Both the position numbers and the translations under genes were made by a program. Source: Heptranchias perlo (taxonomy: Eukaryota). Taken from it: a stretch of DNA of 64,000 nucleotides. The notes below the pieces were generated by a model. That model had not been told where the DNA came from. It ran no database searches and saw nothing but the letters and a program-made list of their open reading frames with translations. The DNA is taken from assembly GCF_035084215.1 (NCBI RefSeq), contig NC_090357.1:806001-870000 (forward strand). The letters are read 5' to 3'. This document shows, in pieces, positions 22,318 to 33,439 of the stretch (its first letter is position 1; the number at the start of each line of letters is the position of its first letter).

Positions 22318-23175
22318 ATGACTCACCTCCTGACCCCTCAAAAACTCTCCACCACCTACAAGGCTGAAGTTGGGAATGTGATGGAATATTCACCACTCAC
22401 TGGGATGGTGTTGCTGCAACAACACAACACCATCCAGGACAAAGCAGTTCACTCGATCGACACCCTCATCAATGGACTGAATATCCACTCTCTTCACCAT
22501 TGGTACATTGTGGTCGCAGTACGTGCAATCCACAGGATGCAGTGCAGGAACTCACCAAGTTTGCTTACACGTCAAATCCCAGCCACACAATCTCGGCCAT
22601 TGAGAAGGACAAGAGCAGCGACACTATGAAAACACCATCACATGTATGTTCTCCTCTCCTTAACCCTTGAAGTCCGGGTATCATTCTAGTAAACCTACGC
22701 TGCACTCCCTCCAAGGCCAATATGTCCTTCCGAAGGTGCGGTGCCCAGAACTGCTCACAGTACTCCAGGTGCGGTCAAACCAGGGTTTTGCACAGCTGCA
22801 GCATAACTTCTGCCCCCTTGGTTACGGGGAGCGGGCAGGAAATTGGACATTAATTTAGATTGAGGTTAGGATCAGATCAGCCATGATCTTATTGAATAGC
22901 GGAGCAGGCTCGAGGGGCCGATTGGCCTACTCCTGCTCCTATTCCTTATGTTCTTATGTTAACACACCAACCTGTCATGAACATATATGGCCATTCCTTC
23001 ACCGTCACTGGATTAAAATCCTGGAATTCCCTGCTTAAAACCATTGTTGGAACGCCATCATCACAGGGACTGCTGGGGTTCAATGCGAAGGCTGACCAGC
23101 ACCTGCTTAGGGCAAGTGATGGGCAATAAATGTGGCCTTGCCAGCGACGCCCACCTCCCGAGAACAAATAATAAT
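22318..23175 (+). mobile_element. Old 3' fragment of the 2326-3903 LINE family, interrupted by a small CR1 insertion (22660-22963); repeated at 35470, 43922 and 52357, and without the insertion at ~60734
   Basis: THLLTPQ..MEYSPL..IQDKA translation; 3'UTR GGGCAATAAATGTGGCCTTGCCAGCGACGCCCAC. Confidence 0.85.
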
Positions 23176-23310
23176 TTAAAAAATGAAAATGATAAAGTAT
23201 CTGGAGGTCTAGCTGGACAGGGACTGGAGTTATACTGCCACGCTCCGGAATTGGATCAATTCTATCGTCACTTTCGTGTTACAATGAAGTGGAAACCAGT
23301 TGCACAGTAT

Positions 23311-23386
23311 AGAAAGAGAGACTTGCATTTATATAGTGCCTTTCACAACCTCAGGACGTCCCAAGGCGCTTCCCGGCCAATGAAGT
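23311..23386 (-). mobile_element. SINE/L2-type 3' tail fragment (present in each unit)
   Basis: Reverse strand reads ...TTGGGACGTCCTGAGGTTGTGAAAGGCACTATATAAATGCAAGTCTCTCTTTCT, a typical L2-derived tail (recalled). Confidence 0.55.
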
Positions 23387-23727
23387 TCAGAGTAACGGCA
23401 GGGTAACAGAGTGAAAATAACCTGAGATTGGTTTGAGCCTGACTCCAATTCTGAGCAGAAACAGCCTCACTGCCTAAAGACACAAACACAAAGCCTGAAA
23501 TATTTCAATCAGTGAGTCACTTCACTGCTTTGCAATGTCACGCCTCTGATGTGTGTAATATTTGTGAGATAGAACAGAATCATTGACTCATACAGAACAG
23601 GAGGAGGCCATTCGGCCCATCGTGCCTGTGCCGGCTCATTCATAGAATCATAGAATCATAGAAGTTACAACATGGAAACAGGCCCTTCGGCCCAACATGT
23701 CCATGTCGCCCAGTTTATACCACTAAG

Positions 23728-26676
23728 CTAGTCCCAATTGCCTGCACTTGGCCCATATCCCTCGATGCCCATCTTCCCCATGTAACTGTCCAAATGCTTT
23801 TTAAAAGACAAAATTGTACCCGCCTCTACTACTGCCTCTGGCAGCTCGTTCCAGACACTCACCACCCTTTGAGTGAAAAAATTGCCCCTCTGGATCCTTT
23901 TGTATCTCTCCCCTCTCACCTTAAATCTGTGCCCCCTCGTTATAGACTCCCCTACCTTTGGGAAAAGATTTTGACTATCGACCTTATCTATGCCCCTCAT
24001 TATTTTATAGACTTCTATATGATCACCCCTTAACCTCCTACTCTCCAGGGAATAAAGTCCCAGTCTGTCTAACCTCTCCCTGTAAGTCAAACCATCAAGT
24101 CCCGGTAGCATCCTAGTAAATCTTTTCTGCACTCTTTCTAGTTTAATAATATCCTTTCTATAATAGGGTGACCAGAACTGTACACAGTACTCCAAGTGTG
24201 GCCTCACCAATGCCCTGTACAACTTCAACAAGACATCCCAACTCCTGCATTCAATGTTCTGACCAATGAAACCAAGCATGCTGAATGCCTTCTTCACCAC
24301 CCTATCCACCTGTGACTCCACTTTCAAGGAGCTATGAATCTGTACTCCTAGATCTCTTTGTTCTATAACTCTCCCCAACGCCCTACCATTAACGGAATAG
24401 GTCCTGGCCCGATTCGATCTACCAAAATGCATCACCTCACATTTATCTAAATTAAACTCCATCTGCCATTCATCGGCCCACTGGCCCAATTTATCAAGAT
24501 CCCGTTGCAATCCTAGATAACCTTCTTCACTGTCCACAATGCCACCAATCTTGGTGTCATCTGCAAACTTACTAACCATGCCTCCTAAATTCTCATCCAA
24601 ATCATTAATATAAATAACAAATAACAGCGGACCCAGCACCGATCCCTGAGGCACACCGCTGGACACAGGCATCCAGTTTGAAAAACAACCCTCTACAACC
24701 ACCCTCTGTCTTCTGTCGTCAAGCCAATTTTGTATCCAATTGGCTACCTCACCTTGGATCCCATGAGATTTAACCTTATGTAACAACCTACCATGCAGTA
24801 CCTTGTCAAATGCTTTGCTGAAGTCCATGTAGACCACGTCTACTGCACAGCCCTCATCTATCTTCTTGGTTACCCCTTCAAAAAACTCAATCAAATTCGT
24901 GAGACATGATTTTCCTCTCACAAAACCATGCTGACTGTTCCTAATTAGTCCCTGCCTCTCCAAATGCCTGTAGATTCTGTCCCTCAGAATACCCTCTAAC
25001 AACTTACCCACTACAGATGTCAGGCTCACTGGTCTATAGTTCCCAGGCTTTTCCCTGCCTCCCTTCTTAAACAAAGGCACAACATTTGCTACCCTCCAAT
25101 CTTCAGGCACCTCACCTGTAGCGGTGGATGATTCAAATATCTCTGCTAGGGGACCCGCAATTTCCTCCCTAACCTCCCATAACGTCCTGGGATACATTTC
25201 ATCAGGTCCCGGAGATTTATCTACCTTGATGCGCGTTAAGACTTCCAGCACCTCCCTCTCTGTAATATGTACACTCCTCAAGACATCACTATTTATTTCC
25301 CCAAGTTCCCTAACATCCATGCCTTTCTCAACCGTAAATACCGATGTGAAATATTCATTCAGGATCTCACCCATCTCTTGTGGTTCCGCACATAGATGAC
25401 CTTGTTGATCCTTAAGAGGCCCTACTCTCTCCCTAGTTACCCTTTTGCCCTTTATGTATTTGTAGAAGCTCTTTGGATTCACCTTTGCCTGATCTGCCAA
25501 AGCAATCTCATATCCCCTTTTTGCCCTCCTGATTTCTCTCTTAACTCTACTCCGGCAATCTCTATACTCTTCAAGGGATCCACTTGATCCCAGCTGCCTA
25601 TGCATGTCATATGCCTCCTTCTTCTTTTTGACTAGTGCCTCAATCTCCCGAGTCATCCAAGGTTCCCTACTTCTACCAGCCTTGCCCTTCACTTTATAAG
25701 GAATGTGCTTACCTTGAACCCTGGTTAACACACTTTTGAAAGCCTCCCACTTACCAGACGTCCCTTTGCCTGCCAACAGACTCTCCCAATCAACTTCTGA
25801 AAGTTCCTGTCTAATACCATCAAAATTGGCCTTTCCCCAATTTAGAATTTTAACTTTTGGGCCAGACCTATCCTTCTCCATAGCTATCTTAAAACTAATG
25901 GAATTATGATCACTGGTCCCAAAGTGATCCCTCACTAACACTTCTGTCACCTGCCCTTCCTTATTTCCCAAGAGGAGGTCAAGTTTTGCCCCCTCTCTAG
26001 TCGGGCCATCCACATACTGAATGAGAAATTCCTCCTGAATACACTCAACAAATTTCTCTCCATCCAAGCCCCTAATGCTATGGCTATCCCAGTCAATGTT
26101 GGGAAAGTTAAAGTCCCCTACTATTACCACCCTATTTTTCTTGCAGCTGTCTGTAATCTCCTTACATATTTGCTCCTCAATTTCCCGTTGACTATTTGGG
26201 GGTCTGTAGTACAATCCTATCAAAGTGATCTCTCCCTTCTTATTTTTCAGTTCTACCCATATGGACTCAGTGGGCGAACCCTCGGATATATCCCCTCTCA
26301 CTACTGCCGTGATGTTCTCCCTAATCAAGAACGCAACTCCCCCTCCTCTCTTACCTCCTGCTCTATCTTTCCTATAGCATCTGTACCCTGGAACATTGAG
26401 CTGCCAGTCCTGCCCCTCCCTTAGCCATGTTTCAGTAATAGCTATAACATCCCAGTCCCATGTACCCATCCATGCCCTGAGTTCATCTGCCTTGCCCATC
26501 AGACTTCTTGCATTGAAATAAATGCAGTTTAATCTAGACTTCCCTTGGTCTTTGCCCTGCTTTCTCAGACCATCTGTCCGGTCATGTTCTGTACACTCTC
26601 CCTTACTGCCTTTTGTTTCTGTCACCACTTTACTTCCCACTGACTTCCTGCATCGGTTCCCATCCCCCTGCCACAT
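23728..26676 (-). CDS. CR1 ORF2: APE endonuclease + reverse transcriptase (982 aa from the ATG at 26676)
   Basis: Uninterrupted ORF with NARSL, ITETWL, YRPPNS, GDFNFP, SDHN, NYRPVSLTS, QHGF, PQGSVLGP, FADD and RPHLEYC. Confidence 0.93.
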   Translation of the reverse strand: MWQGDGNRCRKSVGSKVVTETKGSKGECTEHDRTDGLRKQGKDQGKSRLNCIYFNARSLMGKADELRAWMGTWDWDVIAITETWLREGQDWQLNVPGYRCYRKDRAGGKRGGGVAFLIRENITAVVRGDISEGSPTESIWVELKNKKGEITLIGLYYRPPNSQREIEEQICKEITDSCKKNRVVIVGDFNFPNIDWDSHSIRGLDGEKFVECIQEEFLIQYVDGPTREGAKLDLLLGNKEGQVTEVLVRDHFGTSDHNSISFKIAMEKDRSGPKVKILNWGKANFDGIRQELSEVDWESLLAGKGTSGKWEAFKSVLTRVQGKHIPYKVKGKAGRSREPWMTREIEALVKKKKEAYDMHRQLGSSGSLEEYRDCRSRVKREIRRAKRGYEIALADQAKVNPKSFYKYIKGKRVTRERVGPLKDQQGHLCAEPQEMGEILNEYFTSVFTVEKGMDVRELGEINSDVLRSVHITEREVLEVLTRIKVDKSPGPDEMYPRTLWEVREEIAGPLAEIFESSTATGEVPEDWRVANVVPLFKKGGREKPGNYRPVSLTSVVGKLLEGILRDRIYRHLERQGLIRNSQHGFVRGKSCLTNLIEFFEGVTKKIDEGCAVDVVYMDFSKAFDKVLHGRLLHKVKSHGIQGEVANWIQNWLDDRRQRVVVEGCFSNWMPVSSGVPQGSVLGPLLFVIYINDLDENLGGMVSKFADDTKIGGIVDSEEGYLGLQRDLDKLGQWADEWQMEFNLDKCEVMHFGRSNRARTYSVNGRALGRVIEQRDLGVQIHSSLKVESQVDRVVKKAFSMLGFIGQNIECRSWDVLLKLYRALVRPHLEYCVQFWSPYYRKDIIKLERVQKRFTRMLPGLDGLTYRERLDRLGLYSLESRRLRGDHIEVYKIMRGIDKVDSQNLFPKVGESITRGHRFKVRGERYKRIQRGNFFTQRVVSVWNELPEAVVEAGTILSFKKHLDSYMGKMGIEGYGPSAGNWD

Positions 26677-27622
26677 TAGTTTAAACCCTCCCCAACAGCA
26701 CTGGCAAACACTCCCCCTAGGACATTGGTTCCAGTCCTGCCCAGATGCAGACCGTCCAATTTGTACTGGTCCCACCTCCCCCAGAACCGGTTCCAATGGC
26801 CCAGGAATTTGAATCCCTCCAGCTTGCACCATCTCTCAAGCCACGTATTCATCTTAGCTATCCTGTCATTCCTACTCTGACTAGCCCGTGGCACTGGTAG
26901 CAATCCTGAGATTACTACCCTTGAGGTCCTACTCTTTAGTTTAACTCCTAACTCCCTAAATTCAGCTTGTAGGACCTCATCCTGTTTTTTACCTATATCG
27001 TTGGTGCCTATATGCACCACGACAACTGGCTGTTCCCCCTCCCCCTCCAGAATGTCCTGCAGCCGCTCCGAGACATCCTTGACCCTTGCACCAGGGAGGC
27101 AACATACCATCCTGGAGTCTCGGTTGCGTCCGCAGAAACGCCTGTCTATTCCCCTTACAATCGAGTCCCCTATCACTATAGCTCTGCCACTCTTTTTCCT
27201 GCCCTCCTGTGCAGCAGAGCCAGCCACGGTGCCATGAACCTGGCCACTGCCACCTTCCCCTGGTGAGCCATCTCCCCAACAGTATCCAAAACGGTATACC
27301 TGTTTTGGAGGGAGATGACCGCAGGGGACCCCTGCACTGCCTTCCTACTCTTCCTCTGTCTGTTGGTCACCCATTCACTATCTCCCTCAGTAATTTTTAT
27401 CTGCGGTGTGACCAACTCACTGAACGTGCTATCCACGACTTTCTCAGCATCGCGGATGCTCCAAAGTGAGTCCATCCGCAGCTCCAGAGCCGTCAAGCGG
27501 TCAAACAATAGCTGCAGCTGGACACACTTCCCGCAGGTGAAGGAATCAGGGATACAGGAAGGATCCCTGAATTCCCACATCCCACAAGAGGAACATGACA
27601 CGGCGCTGGGATCTCCTGCCAT
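26676..27622 (-). pseudogene. CR1 ORF1 (N-terminal Cys knuckle/coiled coil + SGNH esterase) with a 1-nt frameshift at ~27274-27277
   Basis: CSSC...CGKC and LQNRY in ORF 27176-27622; IVIGDS, PGA, HIGTND and DGLH in ORF 26676-27227. One extra base in the G4 run would join the two frames. Confidence 0.88.
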
Positions 27623-27939
27623 GACTTAACCCTTAAATTAGCTTAAGAACAACTACAATGTCAAGAGAAAAAAAAAGGAAAGAAAAACTACTTACCACTC
27701 CCTTTAAGGAGTTTACTCCTTTAAATTGTTCTCAATTTAGAGAATGTTAACTACACTAGGGACCTTGATTCACTAAAAAATAAACGCTACTTCCTATAAG
27801 ACCTGCAGACCTTCCCTTTCCTTTTACTTCAGTTACTGTAGATAAGTAGAAATACTCACCTGAACCTACTCACCAATCAGGTGCCTCCCCTGTGTCGCGT
27901 CCCGATCTGATTCCTGACGTCACTTCGAACTCGGTCGCA

Positions 27940-28340
27940 GCTCCGCTCGGCTCGGCTCCTCTCAGCTGTTCTCAGCGCTCTGAAATCCCGCCTTTTATCG
28001 GACGCTCCCTCCGCTCGGCTCGGCTCCTCTCAGCTGTTCTCAGCGCTCTGAAATCCCGCCTTTTATCGGACGCTCCCTCCGCTCGGCTCGGCTCCTCTCA
28101 GCTGTTCTCAGCGCTCTGAAATCCCGCCTTTTATCGGACGCTCCCTCCGCTCGGCTCCTCTCAGCGCTCTGAAATCCCGCCTTTTATCGGACGCTCCCTC
28201 CGCTCGGCTCGGCTCCTCTCAGCGCTCTGAAATCCCGCCTTTTATCGGACGCTCCCTCCGCTCGGCTCGGCTCCTCTCAGCTGCACTCAGCGCTCTGAAA
28301 TCCCGCCTTTTATCGGACGCTCCCTCCGCTCGGCTCCTCT
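27940..28340 (-). repeat. CpG-rich tandem monomers (6 copies, 53-68 bp) forming the CR1 5' end
   Basis: TGAAATCCCGCCTTTTATCGGACG starts at 27981, 28049, 28117, 28170, 28228 and 28296. Confidence 0.9.
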
Positions 28341-28342
28341 CA

Positions 28343-30105
28343 ACGCTATCCAATTAGTCCCACTCTCCTGCTCTTTCCCCATAGTCCTGCAAATTTTCCC
28401 CCTTCGATTATTTATCCAATTCCTTTTTGAAATCCGCGATTGAATCTGCTTCCACCGCCCTTTCAGGCAGTGAATTCCAGATCATCACAACTCGCTGCGT
28501 AAAAACATTTTTCCTCACGTCATCTCTGATTCTTTTGCCAGTTACCTTAAATCTGTGTCCTCTGGTTACTAACCCAACTGCCACTGGAAACCGTTTCTCC
28601 TTATTTACTCTGTCAAAACCCTTCATGATTTTGAACACCTCGATTAAATCTCCTCTGAACCTTCTCTGGTCGAAGGAGAACAATCCCAGCTTCTCCAGTC
28701 TCTTCACGTAACTGAAGACTTTTATTCTAGTAAATCTCTTCTGCACCCTCTCTAAGGCCTTGACATCCTTCCTAAAGTGTGGTGCCCAGAATTGGCCACA
28801 ATACTCCAGCTGGGGTCTAACCAGTGTTTTATAAAGGTTTAGTATAACTTCCTTGCTTTCTGCCTCTATTTATTAAGCCCAGGGTCCCGATTGCCTTTTT
28901 AACAGCCTTCTCAACTTGTCCTGTCACCTTCAAAGATTTGTGGATTGTCTCTCCTCATTCTTCCTTCCAAATGTATCACTTCACACTTCTCTGCATTAAA
29001 TTCCATCTGCCATGTGTCTGCCCATTTCACCAGTCTGTCTCTGTCCTCCTGAAGTCTGTTACTATCCTCCACACTCATTACTACATTTCCGAGTTTCGTG
29101 TCATGTGCAAATTTTGAAATTATACCCTCTATATCCAAGTCAAGGTCATTGATATAAATCAAAAAAAGCAGTGGTCCCAACACCGACCCCTGGGAAACAC
29201 CACTGTAAACTTCCCTCCAGTCTGAGAAACAACTGTTCACCTCTACTCTCTGCTTTCTGTCACTTAGTCAATTACGTATCCATGATGCCACTGCCCTTTT
29301 AATTCTATGGCTTTAATTTTGCGAACAAGTCTATTGTGTGAAACTTTATCAAATGTCTTTTGAAAGTCCATTTACACATCGGCTGCACTCCCCTCATCAA
29401 CCCTCTCCGTTACTTCATCAAAGAACTCCATCAAGTTGGTTAGACCACCCTTGGAGCACTGTGCACAGTTCTGTTCTCCATATTATAAAAAAGATGTGGA
29501 GGCACTGGAGAAGGTGCAACAAAGATTCACAAGAATAATATCAGAACTGAATAGTTATAATTGTCGGGAAAGGCTGAACAGGCTGGGGCTCTTTTCTCTA
29601 GAAAAGAGAAGGCTGAGGGGTGACCTGATCGAGGTCTTTAAGATTATGAAAGGGTTTGATGGGGTAGACGTAGAGAAGATGTTTTCACTTGTGGGGGGGT
29701 CCAAAACTAGAATTCATAAATATAAGATAGTCACTAATAAATCCAATAGGGAATTCAGGAGAAACTTCTTTCCCCAGAGAGTGGTGAGAATGTGGAACTC
29801 GCTCCCACAAGGAGCAGTTGAGGTGAATAGTGTAGATCGATTTTAGGGGAAGCTCGATAAACACATGAGGAAGAAAGGAATAGAAGGATATGCTGATAGG
29901 GTGAGATGAAGGAGGGAGGGAGGAGACTCGTGTGGAGCGTAAACACCAGCATGGACCAGTTGGGCCGAATGGCCTGTTTCTGAGCTGTAGACTCGATGTA
30001 ACCCAGTGTTAGTCAAACACGATTTGCCTTTAACAAATCCATGCTGACTTTCATTAACCCATATTTTTCCAAGTGTCAATTAATTTTGTCCCAGATTATT
30101 GTCTC
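28343..30105 (-). mobile_element. Old CR1 3' half with a nested plus-strand CR1 3' fragment (29436-30000), unit A
   Basis: ORFs 28408-28746 and 28911-29240 (minus) and 29436-29846 (plus); the host resumes at ~30005 (ESQHGFVKGKSCLTN). Confidence 0.88.
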
Positions 30106-30770
30106 CAATTTATTTAATAATAGATTTTTAATATATGATGCAAAAGGCAAACTGCAAGGAAACTTCTGATCAAAGAAAGTAAATCAGAAAATGAGGAGAA
30201 AATAAGATATTGAGGCTGTGCTGGTGGGAAGTTGGAGAATTGGAAACAGTCAGTGGAAATACTTGTTAGAAACCCAGTTTCAAGTCAGAGTCACACTGGG
30301 AGCTCGTCCAACACCATCATTATCACTAGTGACAGGCAGAGGGCTGGGGGGAGAGAGGGACCAGCCCGTGAGGGGAGGGGTCTTGTGTCCAGTGCGTGAA
30401 GTGAGTCTTGTTTCATTGACCAAGAATAGGCAGTAACAGAACCCATGGGGATTCTATCAGCTGAAACCTTCCACCCTCCAAATTCAGCAATCTGTGCCAG
30501 TGGAATAAGATAATTAAACAAACTGGACATTTACTGACTGACACTTTGCAAACGATGAAATAAAACACGGAAACGTTATCAGTTCGAAAGTCATTTAAAG
30601 ATTTCTTCTCCACATTTACAGTCCACGCTCTGGGATTTCAATCAGTGATTTTAAATCCATTCCTTTCTACAACAAATAAATACATTGAAGATCGTTATAA
30701 ACAAAGACACAATGCTCTGTGCTCCGAGAGGGCTCCACAATCCTGAGTCACAGTTTGGCCGAATAACTTT

Positions 30771-33028
30771 CTAATCCTCATTTATTTCTCCAAGGTTCTG
30801 GCGGAAGTTGTCCCACAAGGTGGTGAGTTGGATCTCCAGATCCCGCTGGATGCTGTCTGCATACGGGACAAGCCTCTCTCGCATCTCCTCCACATTCTGG
30901 CTGATCACCTTGTTCAGCTGTTCAGAGTAGGGAGCAATGTTCTGATGGAACTCCTCGATTCTCTGGTTGACGTTGCTGTTGAGATCGTCAATGTATGGGG
31001 CCAGATTTTGGTTCATGCTTCCCATGTTCTCGTTGAGCTTTTCTTTCAGTTCTGCGACGTAAGGGACCAGCCTTTGCTTCAGAACCTCCACAGTCTCGTT
31101 GACCTTTCCCTGTAGCTCCTGAGCGTATGGCACAACCTTCTGGGTCATTTCACCAATCTGTTGGTTCATCTTGGCCTGGACATCTTTGGCATAGGGAGCC
31201 ATGGTATTGCGAAGCTCCTGGACTTTCTCATCAAACCTGGTGCGGAATTCCTCAGCATCGGCCGTCACCTTCTGCCTGAGCTTATCCACATTCTCAGTGA
31301 TCTTCTGCTGGAGTTGTTCAGCGTATGGAGTCAGAACTTCCCTCAGGTTCTCTGCGTTGTCTTCCAGTTTAGCCTGAAGCTCTTTGGTGTAGGGAGTCAA
31401 CCTCTGGCGGAGTTCCTCAGCGTTGGTGTTCAGCTGGTGGCGGAGCTCTTCAGCGTAAGGTGTCAGCTTCTGATGAAATTCTTCAATGTTCCTGCTGATC
31501 TTCTGGTGAACTCCATCAGTAAAAGGAGAAAGCTTCACCCTCAGGTCTTCCAGCTCCTGCCTGATCTGCTGGCGGAGATTCTCAGCATCTACTGTCATCT
31601 TTACACGAAGGTCGTCTGCGATGGGAGTCAGCCTCTGTTGGAGATCCTCAGTGTATCCATTGACGTTCTGCAGGTTATCCTTTATAAGATAACTGGAAAA
31701 GCAAACAAGAAAAGGTGATTTATTACATAGATGGAATAGGAAAAAATCATTTTGTTTGAGAGCTTTTTGGCCAATGGACTCTTGGCTAAGAATGGTTCAG
31801 GAACAGAACACAGTGGAGGACAGGGAGACCAGAAATGATGAGGACAGTGGTTTATCAGGAAAATAATTGACATGGGACCACAAAACCAACCATCCCACTG
31901 AGCGAGTTCCTGCCATCCGAGTTGGATTGTGTAACACCAGAGTAATATTGGCCTGTAGTGGCAGGAATGGGTTTATCAAACACCATCGAAAGACATCCAT
32001 TTTACACCGATGGACATTTTTTGATGATGTCATTCCCTCCTTTTCTGTAATTTTTGATCCCCTTGTTTGAAGCTGAATAGGCCACTGCCCATTGGCTCGC
32101 GGGTCACTCTAAATCAGCTGGCCATTGGTTGACCGTGAGGTGATGGTTCCCTCTGACTCTCTCGCCTCCCACTCAATGCCCCCTCCCCCGATTCAGTTCA
32201 AGGACTCCGCAAAGTGTGATTCCATTCTGTCTCTATCCCGGCCCCATGGCAGTGGGAATTAACTGGCCAAGTTGTCAATGACGTTTCTTCCTTCGATGTT
32301 TTTATTGGACGGCCATTTCTCGCTGTGTCCCAGGAGGCTGATCTGTACCGATGGCCCCACCTCACTCCCGGTACTCACTTGAGCCGTTGTCCGATTTCGG
32401 AGCGCTGGATCTGATCCACACTGTCCTTGGCGTCATTGGTCAATTGGCTGATGTAATCCCAGAATGCATCTCGAACCTGACCTCCATTGAACTCAGCCCG
32501 GGAGCCTATAGGGAGGAAGGAAACCAGAGGATCAGAGCGGGAACACGAGAAGAACATTCACTGAATTACTGTTCATTTCACAGACAAGCAGCTTGTGATG
32601 ATTCATTGACTTCACCATATCCTGTCTGGGGAATGTCCATCAGGGAGTAAAAAGATGGATCAGTTGCCTCCTCTCTGGAGACCGGTTCGGGATGGTCCAA
32701 TGAGTAAAATCCCTTTGTCTTTGAACATCTGGGACCAGGGTTTAAAACAAGCCCAGACAGAGGGGATGAAGCCGTCTCTCCACAATGAGACGCTGAGTGG
32801 TAGAACAGGCTATGCACAGGTCTCTTACCTCGAGACCCGAGCTTAGAACTGGTCCAAACAGAGGGCATGAAGATCGTGTGTCTGATGTCCATAAAATGCC
32901 ATTCATGCTCAGACAGGCAGCAAAAACCAACAGCACAAAACAAGCAGTCCAATAACCCAGGGAAGTATGGAAGACCTACCTGAGACCATGATGGCAGCTA
33001 CGAACACAAGGATTGCCTTGGGAAACAT
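30771..33028 (-). CDS. apoa4: Apolipoprotein A-IV-like, array copy A (365 aa; coding exons 33028-32980, 32505-32379, 31692-30771)
   Basis: ccaccATG gives the signal peptide MFPKAILVFVAAIMVS-G (49 nt). A 127-nt exon encodes SRAEFNGGQVRDAFWDYISQLTNDAKDSVDQIQRSEIGQRL. A 922-nt last exon encodes Pro-punctuated 22-mer amphipathic repeats (LTPYAEELR, LAPY...). All introns are GT..AG and the phases join in frame (1098 nt). Collinear with human APOA4 as recalled (MFLKAVVL..., [22 protein letters not shown]). Confidence 0.93.
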
Positions 33029-33439
33029 GGTGGATTTCTCAAACTGGCGAATTGAATACAATTTCTGTTTTCTCAACCAATCTCTGAAAAGGCAAAAAAT
33101 CCGGGTTAGTCTGAGATTTCAATCACAAAATCTTTCATGGTCTGTTATTGCATTCCGTGTGGAACTTGCTTCCTGCTGAAAATCTGTTGCATTTATTTAC
33201 AGGACATTCTGATTATTAAAGTCTCTCTCTGAACCTCACACAATTATAAACTGTCACCTGACTGTAAATATAAACCAGTATTCTTTATATCAGGTGTGAG
33301 CTTCCACCAGTTGTCTGAGACACTGCGACCTTACACAGAGAGCACCGTCTGAGCGGGTCCCTGGGTAAGTGTGTAAACACTGTGTGTTCCCCGGCTTGTA
33401 GCAGTGTGAGGTGCAGCTGTTACACTCAGCTCCTCTTAC

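Larger units (their letters stand above)
23643..28340 (-). mobile_element. Full-length young CR1 LINE, present only in the first array unit
   Basis: 5' tandem monomers, ORF1, ORF2 and an (ATTCTATG)n tail. The empty site GGCTCATTCAAAGCTATCC is seen in the other units (e.g. ~36785). Confidence 0.96.

Noticed and set aside
26677-26832. N-terminal 52 aa of the listed 1034-aa ORF2
   Set aside because: It overlaps the ORF1 esterase in another frame; the ATG at 26676 is the more plausible start.
30828-31718. Plus-strand ORFs of 95 and 185 aa overlapping apoa4 exon 4 (repeated in each unit)
   Set aside because: Antisense shadows of a coding exon; no independent gene signals.
30771-33028. Alternative identity as apoA-I, apoE or apoA-V
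   Set aside because: The 365-aa length, the MFxK signal peptide without a propeptide, the 49/127-nt coding exons and collinear similarity fit apoA-IV best. A phylogeny would be needed to make this formal.
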